DNA of 64,000 bases from a virus. The stretch is taken from IMG/VR virus record IMGVR_UViG_3300021091_000012; one strand, given 5' to 3'. Both the position numbers and the translations under genes were made by a program. The notes beneath the pieces were generated by a model. It saw only the letters and a list, made by a program, of their open reading frames with translations. It was not told the DNA's origin and did not search any database. Below, piece after piece: positions 16,806 to 25,885 of the stretch; within the stretch, counting starts at the first letter, position 1; every line of letters begins with the position of its first letter.

Positions 16806-18662
16806 TTATACTATTTCACATGCACCACCTGCACAAGCTGCTTCTCCTTTAAGGTTGGTAGTGTCATCAAGTTCAACAACTTTACTCAAATCTACGTCCT
16901 TCAAAGAGTCCATCATTCTATTATAAGTATCTTCGTCAATGTCTTCAAATGGTGCTTGAATGTAGGTTCCTCCGTTATATGGTAGTACAGACAAACCGTT
17001 GTAGTGTTCGCGGTTATTCCACATCCACTCACCAGCTAGATCCCACTCATCCTCTTTCAGAGATACTGTAGCTGATACGTTGTGTGAGTTGTTACCCGAC
17101 CTATGTCCTGGTTTAACCCACTCCAAGTGTACTCTCTTGATTCGCTCTAATAAAGCAAAAGGAGATTCTGTACGTAAGATCGCGCCTTCGGGTGCTTTCT
17201 GTGGAATAGAGATTACTGCAGTATCGTGTGGACGGAAGTACTCATCCTCAACAAGCTCAGGGTGATTAATTGATAGGTATGTGTAGATTGCTTCATTCTT
17301 TCCTACTCGGATTCTACGAATGTAGAAATCGTTATGCCAAGCGTGGATACCTGACGAAGTGCCCAATGTAAGTGATGTTGTTCCTGCCGGCTTAACAGTC
17401 GTAGCTCTTGCAGACTTGTTGATACCAATAAGCTCAGCCACTCTAGCATTTTCATCCTTAACAACCTTCGCGGCTGCTTTCATATCATATCCCAACACTG
17501 TACCTGATCCGATACCAGTCATTGAAACTCCAATCAAAGCATCTTTTTCAGTTGTTCTTTTCCACACATCTCTCAAGTAATGGAAATCTGTATAACCTGC
17601 TTGAAGTGTTCCAATGAACGCAGCAGCACGTACTCTACTTTCGAAGTCTTGTTGATCTACAATGTCCGACACATTAACCTCGCAGAGGTTACAGAACTGG
17701 AAAGGTCGTAGTGCAATCTCACAGCATGGATTAGTTCCCCAATCTTTATCGTTTGTTAGGTAGATTCCTGGTTCACCTGCTCCTGATAATTCAACACGCT
17801 TCCAAAGATCCATGAAGAACTCCTTGGTAAGTTTGTGTCTCATTAACACAGCTGAGTTATTTGCTCTACCTCTTTGTGCGTTTTGCTCCCACCAGTTACC
17901 TGACTTACAAGAAATCATCTCCTCATCGTCAGCACTAAACAAGCTAATAAGAGCTGCTCTGCGAATACCACCGGCCAATACTGCATCCGCAATATGACAT
18001 ACCATGTCGTGTACTTCAATTGATGATAGTTTATCTCCATCTTCTTTTGAGTCTAAAATTCCTTGTAATTTTATTAAACATTCTTTTAGTGGCTGAGGAC
18101 CTGGTGCTTTCCCTCCTGACGTCACTAGACGTGCACCTTTTGGTCGAATGTCACTAAAATCAAACTCTAATCGAGATCCTCCAGTGAAGTAAGACTTAAT
18201 ACAATACTTAACTGCATCTGCCCATCCTTCAATAGAGTCCGCTATCAAGTAGCGTCTTTTTCTTTTTGAGACCGGTTTACGGATCTCAGGTAATCTTTCT
18301 ACGTGATGTGTTTGCACTGAGTAACCAACTCCTGTTCCTCCTAACAATAAAAACATAGCTTCGCCAAAAGCACGAACATCGTCGATTGGTAGGTAAGCAC
18401 AGTTGTAAATTCTATTAGGTGAGATCTCGACTGGCTTTCCAGCAAACTGCATACTGCGCATTGAAGGTAAAACCTTCTTACCATACACAAACTGGTAGAC
18501 GTCTTCGATTTCTTTTGCCAATTGTGGATACTTTCGAATGTGCATTTCTTTGTTTCTTATAACTAATTCCTGCCAAGTTTCTCTTCTTTGCAGTTTGGGT
18601 AAGTACTTTGCGTACTTCATAAAGACAGTGATCTCGCTTAGGATTTCATTCGAAAGTGTCAT
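16806..18662 (-). CDS. nrdJ: class II (B12-dependent, monomeric type) ribonucleotide reductase
   Basis: YNC, GTGVG, GGIRRAA, TNPCCEI, FCNL, TVKPAGTTS, C-terminal CAGGAC; no NrdB nearby. Confidence 0.9.
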   Translation of the reverse strand: MTLSNEILSEITVFMKYAKYLPKLQRRETWQELVIRNKEMHIRKYPQLAKEIEDVYQFVYGKKVLPSMRSMQFAGKPVEISPNRIYNCAYLPIDDVRAFGEAMFLLLGGTGVGYSVQTHHVERLPEIRKPVSKRKRRYLIADSIEGWADAVKYCIKSYFTGGSRLEFDFSDIRPKGARLVTSGGKAPGPQPLKECLIKLQGILDSKEDGDKLSSIEVHDMVCHIADAVLAGGIRRAALISLFSADDEEMISCKSGNWWEQNAQRGRANNSAVLMRHKLTKEFFMDLWKRVELSGAGEPGIYLTNDKDWGTNPCCEIALRPFQFCNLCEVNVSDIVDQQDFESRVRAAAFIGTLQAGYTDFHYLRDVWKRTTEKDALIGVSMTGIGSGTVLGYDMKAAAKVVKDENARVAELIGINKSARATTVKPAGTTSLTLGTSSGIHAWHNDFYIRRIRVGKNEAIYTYLSINHPELVEDEYFRPHDTAVISIPQKAPEGAILRTESPFALLERIKRVHLEWVKPGHRSGNNSHNVSATVSLKEDEWDLAGEWMWNNREHYNGLSVLPYNGGTYIQAPFEDIDEDTYNRMMDSLKDVDLSKVVELDDTTNLKGEAACAGGACEIV

Positions 18663-18732
18663 GTAGCTAAATTTTTAATAAGTTTGTAAATTGTTTTGAG
18701 GCTGTAACTATAAATAGTTTATAAGCTCACGA

Positions 18733-20103
18733 TTATTTTGTTAAATTTTGTAATTCTGAAAATTTATTTGCAAGTGCTTTTCTTACAACCTCAGAATCAC
18801 TTTGCATCATTGCTTTTGCTTCTTTACCCATTACAGTGCTTTCAGCAAAAATTTCTATCTTTGAAGCCGACATATTCATTCGGCTCGGAAAGGTCAGTCC
18901 ATCCGGACCAAATCGATTCTTAATAACGTGCCATCTACCAGTACCTGCTAACTTATCTGTTACCTTTCTTGATAGTGATACGACAAAATCAGCTACCATC
19001 ACCTTTGAGTATGATTCTGCAATCTTGTCTGCTTCAATGATATCTTCCTCAAGAGCTGATCTATTTGCTTGCGATGCGGTGTAGATTGGTATTTGATATG
19101 TACCAGCCATTCCTCGCAAATCTTCGTAGATGTTTCCTAACATGATATCATTTCGAACAGCACCTTTTGAACTAGTATCTCTTAGCAAGTCTGCGTAGTC
19201 TACTAGTATTAGATCTGGTTGAAATCCTTGCATGATGCATTTATCAAGATGTGCTGACAGCATTGTTACTGTAGCAGCTTTGGTTGGATAGTATTTTATA
19301 ATTAACTTTCCTTTAAGCTTTTTGAGTTTATCCACAACTTCGTCTTGATGAAACTTCAAGTCTTGTGAAGGAATACCTGTATAATGTGAATCGAACCGAG
19401 CACCTACGTAGGTCTCCGAAAGTTCAAGAGTATAGTAAACTACGTTAAGTCCACTTTTAACTGCAGCTGCTGCTATATTAACTAAAGCCATTGACTTACC
19501 AATACCAGCTGGTGCTACAAATACTCCCATCTCACCGCTACCTAAACCACCATCCATGATTTCGTTGATCACATCCCATGGCGTTGGAATTGTATTCCTC
19601 TTATTTTCAACAAATCTTGCACCTATATCATCTACGTATTCGTGACCTATGTTTCGATCGGTCCCAGCCTTCATAGCTTCATCAATAGCAGTCTTAATGT
19701 CATCATACTTTCCTGACTGCAATAACTGAACTGATCGTAAGATAGCTTCTTTGATCTTTTGATTTTTACAGAACTCTAGGGTACGATCTTTAATGAAATC
19801 TAAATCAGTTGATTCAGTATATCTAACTACCTCCTTTAAAGTTTCTATAATAGCCGTTCTTAATACTGGTTCCTTTTCTTCGTCTATGTGTATTTTCAAT
19901 ACCTCCAGTGTTGGTGGAGTTTTGTACTTATCAAAGTACTCTAAAAGAGTTTGAGCTATCCACTGCGATGAGTCTGAGGAGAAGTATTTAGGATCTATGA
20001 TATCATGTATCTGTTGTAAAAAGATTCTATCCTTAATAAGGATTGTAAGCACCTTATTCTGAAACGCTGTTCCGTAAAACTGTAATGTGTCTTGTTCTTG
20101 CAT
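18733..20103 (-). CDS. replicative SF4 helicase (T4 gp41/DnaB-like)
   Basis: APAGIGKS, YTLE, LVDYADLL, TASQANR, KNRFG. Confidence 0.92.
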   Translation of the reverse strand: MQEQDTLQFYGTAFQNKVLTILIKDRIFLQQIHDIIDPKYFSSDSSQWIAQTLLEYFDKYKTPPTLEVLKIHIDEEKEPVLRTAIIETLKEVVRYTESTDLDFIKDRTLEFCKNQKIKEAILRSVQLLQSGKYDDIKTAIDEAMKAGTDRNIGHEYVDDIGARFVENKRNTIPTPWDVINEIMDGGLGSGEMGVFVAPAGIGKSMALVNIAAAAVKSGLNVVYYTLELSETYVGARFDSHYTGIPSQDLKFHQDEVVDKLKKLKGKLIIKYYPTKAATVTMLSAHLDKCIMQGFQPDLILVDYADLLRDTSSKGAVRNDIMLGNIYEDLRGMAGTYQIPIYTASQANRSALEEDIIEADKIAESYSKVMVADFVVSLSRKVTDKLAGTGRWHVIKNRFGPDGLTFPSRMNMSASKIEIFAESTVMGKEAKAMMQSDSEVVRKALANKFSELQNLTK

Positions 20104-20109
20104 ATTGAT

Positions 20110-20140
20110 TAACTATACTTAATTCATTTTAATCTAGCAA
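20110..20140 (-). promoter_or_regulatory. TTG-N20-TATAGTTA promoter upstream of helicase
   Basis: Exact 20-nt spacer. Confidence 0.6.
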
Positions 20141-21184
20141 GGTATATTGATCTAATTTCTGAGTGACTTCTCTTATCCACACTTCCACGTTCCTGATGGC
20201 GTTTGTCATTCCATCTTCAAAAATCATTTGATGAAACTTTATCTTACTCAGCTTTACGACAGGAGTTTCAAGTGTGGTTATAATTTTAAGTCTTGTGCTT
20301 GTTGGTATTCCGCTTTCAGAAAGTTGCATGATTTGATGAAACAAGCGAATGTTAGATTCTGCTTGAACTACTTTTTCGTATAACTTAACTTTAGGATGCT
20401 CAGCAGCTAGTTCTTTTGCATATTCTATAAAACCATCAACACTCATATACTCTGACCGTGTCAGCTTTGGAAACCTACTTGCTATTGTCTTTACTCCTAA
20501 CCCTGACACTCCTGGAATGTTATCACTATCATCACCTAGCAATGCTCTATAAAGAGCAAAGTTATATGGCATAATACCATACGTCTCATACACATCGGTT
20601 GTATAAAATAACTGCTTTTTGATTGGACTCCAAATATGAATACGGTCATTAACAAGTTGCATAAAATCCTTATCGGAAGACATGATAAACACCTGAGAGT
20701 CTCGCTCTTTGAGGTAGTCTTCTGAGACGTACGCTATCACGTCGTCGGCTTCAACTCCATCAGAAACAACAGTAGTGAAAGGCATTACCTCGATGTACTC
20801 GACAAGCCTCATTAACTGCTCTCGTTGATTATCCTCTTTATCCACAGTTTCAGCTCGATTCAGTCTTATCTTAAATGTACGATTAGCTTTATACTCAGGA
20901 AAGAGTTTTTTGCGCTTTGCCGATCCATCCTTACCATCAAACACAATAATAACCCTTGTAGGGTTGATTGCCTTGATTGCATGCCCAACGCTTAATAGAA
21001 ATCCAGAAATACCGCCTACATGCTCTCCATTAGTATTTGTAGTAGGACTTGCTGCATAAGCTCTAATAAAGGTGTTGAGGCCGTCAACAATTAACACTCG
21101 AGAATTCTTCGTGTCTTGTTGACTAGCCCCTTCGCCCCTGAGTTTTACCTCATTAAAGTATGCTAGATACTTTTTGTTGATCAT
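20129..21184 (-). CDS. 5'-3' exonuclease / flap endonuclease (T4 RNase H-like)
   Basis: LIVDGLN, VFDG, YKANR, EADDVI, SSDKDF, GDDSDNIPGV. Confidence 0.93.
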   Translation of the reverse strand: MINKKYLAYFNEVKLRGEGASQQDTKNSRVLIVDGLNTFIRAYAASPTTNTNGEHVGGISGFLLSVGHAIKAINPTRVIIVFDGKDGSAKRKKLFPEYKANRTFKIRLNRAETVDKEDNQREQLMRLVEYIEVMPFTTVVSDGVEADDVIAYVSEDYLKERDSQVFIMSSDKDFMQLVNDRIHIWSPIKKQLFYTTDVYETYGIMPYNFALYRALLGDDSDNIPGVSGLGVKTIASRFPKLTRSEYMSVDGFIEYAKELAAEHPKVKLYEKVVQAESNIRLFHQIMQLSESGIPTSTRLKIITTLETPVVKLSKIKFHQMIFEDGMTNAIRNVEVWIREVTQKLDQYTLLD

Positions 21185-21188
21185 AACC

Positions 21189-22334
21189 TTAATCTTCTAA
21201 CTCTCCTTCATCTACCAATATTTCATCCGGATCAACTAAGTTTTGATCTCGATATTTCATAACATAGATGTCGCAGATTTTCTTGTAACAATAATTCTTC
21301 AACTCCTCATCTTGCTCGAGCATTCCTCTCCAATCTTTTGACTGGAACTTAATCTCTTCACCAGTCTCCTCGTTCACCATTGCGTACCAAGCTCCTGAGC
21401 CTTTAATCGTTCCGTAGTCTTTCATAAGAGTCAGCCAGCTATTATAGTCATCAATTCCTGAATTGAAATAAATGTCAAAGGTTGCTTTCTTGAATGGAGG
21501 ACCCATCCGGTTCTTGATAATCTGAGCTTCTGTCTGTACTCCGATAATCTGTTCAGTCTTTCCTGATCCGCTTTTCAATTTACCCACTCCCTTCAATCGA
21601 ATTCGGCAGCTTGCATGAAATCCTAGAGCCTTACCTCCGGAAGTAGTGTATTTATCTCCAAACATCACACCCATTTTTTCACGTAACTGAGATGTACAAA
21701 GTAAAAGTACTCGCTGCTTTCCAATAATATTCGTAATCTTACGCATTGCTTTTGACATTAGGATAGCCTTAGAAGTGGCCCATCCATCCTTCTCGTAGTC
21801 TGCGTCTTGTTCAATCTTAGTTGTTGCTGCCGATACTGAATCAAGTGCAATTGTAACTAGTCTATTTTTACTACTCTTACGAACGGTCTCAATAATGTTT
21901 TCAATAGCATCAAACGAATCCTCTATTGTTTCTAGTGGAACGTATAGCATATTACTAACATCAACACCTACTGCTCTCAAGAACTCCTCACTTAATGCAT
22001 TTTCAGTATCAATATAAACTGCAAGTCCACCTTTTTTCTGAGTATTAGCTAGTGTGTGTGCTACAATTAAACTCTTACCAGATGCTTCCATTCCTTGGAG
22101 TTCAACAATTCGACCTACTGGGAATCCTCCGTTCGGTCGATTTGAGATAGCCAAGTCTAACAAAGATGATCCAGTTGATACCCATTCGGTTAAATCTGTT
22201 GGAGTATCCTCTTCACCATTTAAAAAGTGAGCTGCTTTGAAGTCTTTGAATTTCTTATTTAGACTGTCCGCTAACATTGAAGCGAGCTCGTCCCTTCCCG
22301 AAATCTCATCGGGCGTCTTCGTCGACTTTGCCAT
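21189..22334 (-). CDS. recA: RecA/UvsX recombinase
   Basis: STGS..LD, GRIVEL.GMEASGKS, YIDTE, DSV, QLREK.GVMFG, GGKAL.F.AS, KNR. Confidence 0.93.
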   Translation of the reverse strand: MAKSTKTPDEISGRDELASMLADSLNKKFKDFKAAHFLNGEEDTPTDLTEWVSTGSSLLDLAISNRPNGGFPVGRIVELQGMEASGKSLIVAHTLANTQKKGGLAVYIDTENALSEEFLRAVGVDVSNMLYVPLETIEDSFDAIENIIETVRKSSKNRLVTIALDSVSAATTKIEQDADYEKDGWATSKAILMSKAMRKITNIIGKQRVLLLCTSQLREKMGVMFGDKYTTSGGKALGFHASCRIRLKGVGKLKSGSGKTEQIIGVQTEAQIIKNRMGPPFKKATFDIYFNSGIDDYNSWLTLMKDYGTIKGSGAWYAMVNEETGEEIKFQSKDWRGMLEQDEELKNYCYKKICDIYVMKYRDQNLVDPDEILVDEGELED

Positions 22335-22339
22335 AACTA

Positions 22340-23116
22340 TTAAGAATTAAATAGTGAATCAAATGCAGACGAAATGTCATCAGTATTTGTTGCTGTAGTT
22401 GCTCCTGTGATTGGGGTTATTGCAGGCTTTGTACCTTGCTCATCAGTTTCTGTTTCAGGATCTAACCACTTTTGCAATACTTCTGTCATGTCTTCATAAG
22501 TCGGCTCTGTAAACAGCTCAGTGATGTTTTTTTGATTATTTACAATCATCTCAGCAATCTCTTTGTCAGTTGTTGCAGGATTTGTGTTAGGTTTTACTCT
22601 CACTGTAAATGATGGAAATGCACCTTCTTTTTCTGCAGCAATATGCTCTACAGTAATGTCGCGTCCATTCATTAAATCTGTGATGTCACCATAGTCTGGA
22701 TCTGCAATTACACTTAAAAGTTCTGTATAAATTTGCTTACCAAAAGCCCAAAACTTAACCCCTTCGTGTTCTGCACCTCTTACAATAATTGGAGCATAAA
22801 CTCGAAACTTTGGTTCGATTTTCTTTCCTAGTTTCCAATCATCCTTGTCTCCTGACTTTTTAAGCTTTTCAGCAAACTCTACTATTGGATCGGGACGTCC
22901 AAAAGATATCGGAGATATCATTGTACGTTTTCCAATCTCATAGTGGAAGTACATTTCTAAGAATGGATTGTTTTTGTCAAATGCGTAGGGTACAATACGT
23001 ACTTGAGATTTTCCTACTGGTGGTTTCCAGATAAAGTCACTTGACTTGTTACCACCTCCTGTTGATTGTTGCATTGCTTGCAACTTTGCTTTAATCGCGT
23101 CTAAATTAATCGCCAT
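22340..23116 (-). CDS. single-stranded DNA-binding protein (T4 gp32-like)
   Basis: WKP.G...VRIVP, DPI.E, GVKFW.FG, DITD...GRD; acidic C-terminus ending FDSLFNS. Confidence 0.85.
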   Translation of the reverse strand: MAINLDAIKAKLQAMQQSTGGGNKSSDFIWKPPVGKSQVRIVPYAFDKNNPFLEMYFHYEIGKRTMISPISFGRPDPIVEFAEKLKKSGDKDDWKLGKKIEPKFRVYAPIIVRGAEHEGVKFWAFGKQIYTELLSVIADPDYGDITDLMNGRDITVEHIAAEKEGAFPSFTVRVKPNTNPATTDKEIAEMIVNNQKNITELFTEPTYEDMTEVLQKWLDPETETDEQGTKPAITPITGATTATNTDDISSAFDSLFNS

Positions 23117-23186
23117 CTTTGCTCTTTTTTAAGTTAAACATTAAATACTGGCCCTATGTGGATTATATCCTTGACTGGCCTTACTC

Positions 23187-23217
23187 TTACTATACTACTT
23201 TTTTCTTCTGTTGGCAA
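23187..23217 (-). promoter_or_regulatory. TTG-N20-TATAGTAA promoter of the ssb-recA-exo operon
   Basis: Exact 20-nt spacer. Confidence 0.6.
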
Positions 23218-23220
23218 CGC

Positions 23221-23601
23221 TTATCGCGACAGCTCTTGTATTTTTATTAACCTGCAGTTAAATTCTGAATCTGACAATAAAAGCGTATCTTGGTAGTTAC
23301 TCCAATCAACCCTAAAAGTCTTATCCAGAACTCCATTGTTAAGGGATTGTATTAAGCTGTTGAGAGCATTAATACTATAAAACGTATTTGTTTCTTTTTT
23401 TCTATTAATAGAGATTGTATCTTTCATTCTTCTACCATCACCAGATACATTGTAAATGCACACTACATTACTGGGTGTCTCAGTGTATGAATAACACTTC
23501 ATGTTAGATATATTATCTGTTGTGTAGGTTTTATAAACTTCACCTATACATAAGGCTAATTTGTCTAAATAAGTAAATGTGCATAGTAGCTGTGGCTTCA
23601 T
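23221..23601 (-). CDS. hypothetical phage protein
   Basis: QLLCTF...RKKETNTFYSINALN...W..Y. Confidence 0.7.
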   Translation of the reverse strand: MKPQLLCTFTYLDKLALCIGEVYKTYTTDNISNMKCYSYTETPSNVVCIYNVSGDGRRMKDTISINRKKETNTFYSINALNSLIQSLNNGVLDKTFRVDWSNYQDTLLLSDSEFNCRLIKIQELSR

Positions 23602-23602
23602 A

Positions 23603-23836
23603 CTACTTCTTCTCTATTGCGTCAATCTGCTGTTTTAGTTTGGCAATGTCCCCATCCATCTTAGCTGCTTGTTTTTCTTTATCTGCCTTTTGCTGCTTCA
23701 GTGCTGATGCCTTTTGATCATCTTGAGCATTTGCTGTTGATTCAAGCTCTTTTAAAGTTTTTCTACGTTTAAATTTAATTTTATTCTCACGTAAATAAGA
23801 TTCGATCTCTGCTCTAATAAATTGTTTTAGTCCCAT
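23603..23836 (-). CDS. small coiled-coil protein, putative head-packaged
   Basis: MGLKQFIRAEIESYLRE; TATTTAT motif upstream. Confidence 0.55.
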   Translation of the reverse strand: MGLKQFIRAEIESYLRENKIKFKRRKTLKELESTANAQDDQKASALKQQKADKEKQAAKMDGDIAKLKQQIDAIEKK

Positions 23837-23870
23837 TGTACGGATAAGTTTATTATAAATAGTCTACTTA

Positions 23871-25175
23871 TTAACAAAGTTTCATTTCTGAGTAATTTGA
23901 TCCCTTCTTTAACTTTACTGGGAATTTATCCAGGTCTATGTTTTGCGGAATTACCTCTTGCAATAGATAATCTAACTCATTAGACGGTACATCAAATAAT
24001 ATACTATCGTATGTGTATAATATTGGGACAGCTTTTTTTGTTTGTAAACAATCCAAGATAGGTTGTAGCGTAATCACATTAAATTCAGTTTCATACATCT
24101 GCAAAAAATAATTGAAAAGAGTGTATAAACTTATATCTTGATAGTTTGCTATCATAAGTTTTCTACCTGATATGGGGCTTTCAACGTATCCATACTGCGT
24201 AGCATAAGACCATAGCTGCTCTGCTAAATCTTTTGCTGCTTTGAAAAAAGGCACATGCAGATATTGCTTACTAATACCTCCATATATTTGTCTAAACGTA
24301 GATTCTTTTGCTTGTATGATTTGAGTTTTTGTAGGTGCTGGTGTGTTGTGGTAATGCTTTGCTAGATGTTCGTATACATCTTCCTTTCCAAAATCATAAC
24401 CCATTAAAGATGCAATAAGTCTAGGGTGGTAGGAGTTAAAATCTAATTCTACTAAACAACCATCATCAAATCTACTAACAAAGCAATCTCGTGAACCATC
24501 ATCCTTATTGAGAGCTGCAAAGTTGATTCCACCAAACCTATTACTAGGTCGGCCTGTAGTTGTGTAGTAATTATATTGTGTGTAGCTTTTGGTATTATTG
24601 ACCGAAAACGACTGACCAAAAGCTTTAGTAAAATAGTCTATGTTAATTTGCAATCCATTTTTTTCTATGTTGTAGAATAAGGAAAGAAGTTGGTTTTGAT
24701 AAAAATCCAGACCGGGCTGCTTGTCTGCTAGATAAATTCTCTGAAACAGCTCATAGGCAATATGCTCATGCTTAGGTAAACTGACTAACGATCCAAGAAC
24801 ACTACAATCTGATATATATCGAGCATAGTGGTTAAGTATTCCTGGTGTTTCAAAATTACACGGTTGATTAAGTTTCAAATAATACTGCAACTGAGCATCT
24901 ACAAAATTAGATGTATCATAACCTGCATACTTTAGTAATATGGTATCATAGCTGTATACGTTGCATTTATATAAAAAGTTAAAGTTATTAACTTTGAAAA
25001 CACCATCTGGATGTGTCCTGCTTATAGAATAAGTTTTGTGTGTATTAACATCGACCATAACTAACGCTACAACCTCACTCACTACTCGATGTCTACGACT
25101 ATCTTGCAATACTGGATAAACGAATAAAGTTTTTCCAGACAAAGACTCAAGTTGATGTATGTTATCTATAACCAT
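23871..25175 (-). CDS. second, degenerate family A polymerase-like protein (probable start 25175)
   Basis: IEKNGL, TTTGRPSN, motif A ELDFNSYHPR, motif B AKESTFRQIYGG, motif C YTYDSILFD; exonuclease motifs not recognisable. Confidence 0.8.
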   Translation of the reverse strand: MVIDNIHQLESLSGKTLFVYPVLQDSRRHRVVSEVVALVMVDVNTHKTYSISRTHPDGVFKVNNFNFLYKCNVYSYDTILLKYAGYDTSNFVDAQLQYYLKLNQPCNFETPGILNHYARYISDCSVLGSLVSLPKHEHIAYELFQRIYLADKQPGLDFYQNQLLSLFYNIEKNGLQINIDYFTKAFGQSFSVNNTKSYTQYNYYTTTGRPSNRFGGINFAALNKDDGSRDCFVSRFDDGCLVELDFNSYHPRLIASLMGYDFGKEDVYEHLAKHYHNTPAPTKTQIIQAKESTFRQIYGGISKQYLHVPFFKAAKDLAEQLWSYATQYGYVESPISGRKLMIANYQDISLYTLFNYFLQMYETEFNVITLQPILDCLQTKKAVPILYTYDSILFDVPSNELDYLLQEVIPQNIDLDKFPVKLKKGSNYSEMKLC

Positions 25176-25204
25176 ACATCTAATATACAAAATTTATTTA
25201 GATT

Positions 25205-25885
25205 TTAAAGCCCATTAAATCCAGCAAATCGACCAAACTCTGTAAAACTTTTAACTGCAAACAATATGCCAGGAATTTTTGCTTGAGCTTTGAACAACGC
25301 TAGTTCGTTTTGTTGGGCTATGTAGTCGTAAGGTCCAACTAGTTTCCATGTTACTTTTGCATAAGAATATATCAATGGGTCTATTCCTGTAACCTGACCT
25401 ATCAACTCCCACTGACTACCATCTATTTCAATTGGATAGCTTTCGATTGTGTTTCGTTTTTCAACAAAATACCTTTCATCTTCTCCAACATCAAATGCTG
25501 CATCCTTAGGTTTGTAATTATACAATCTTGGTTCTGAGTATTGAAGTTGTTTGATTTCAAACTTTTTAATAAACTCATAATCGTATTGACTTTTGATAGG
25601 ATATACTCTTCGTAGTACTTTGTTTGTATTGTAAAATTTTTCTGAGTAAATTTTTTGTCCTGTTATAATAGTGGGATCTCCAATGGTATTAATGTTATCT
25701 TGTGGCTTGAGTGGTGTTGGACCAGTCCAAGCTAATCCGTCCTTTAAATGGTACTCTCCTATATAATCCTTACCATCTAAAGTAAATTCACCACCTTTTG
25801 TGTACTTATGTGTTTGTGTCCTGCTTCGTGGTGAATAACCACTTATGCTACCTTTACGATTCTTTTTTTTTAACCTCTTACCCAT
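25205..25885 (-). CDS. putative baseplate/tail-associated protein
   Basis: YT.GGEF..DG..Y.G.YH; last gene of the baseplate operon. Confidence 0.5.
   Translation of the reverse strand: MGKRLKKKNRKGSISGYSPRSRTQTHKYTKGGEFTLDGKDYIGEYHLKDGLAWTGPTPLKPQDNINTIGDPTIITGQKIYSEKFYNTNKVLRRVYPIKSQYDYEFIKKFEIKQLQYSEPRLYNYKPKDAAFDVGEDERYFVEKRNTIESYPIEIDGSQWELIGQVTGIDPLIYSYAKVTWKLVGPYDYIAQQNELALFKAQAKIPGILFAVKSFTEFGRFAGFNGL

Noticed and set aside
23871-25190. DpoZ / 2-aminoadenine (Z-genome) system
   Set aside because: No PurZ, DatZ or MazZ recognisable; the modification genes present are of the deazaguanine type
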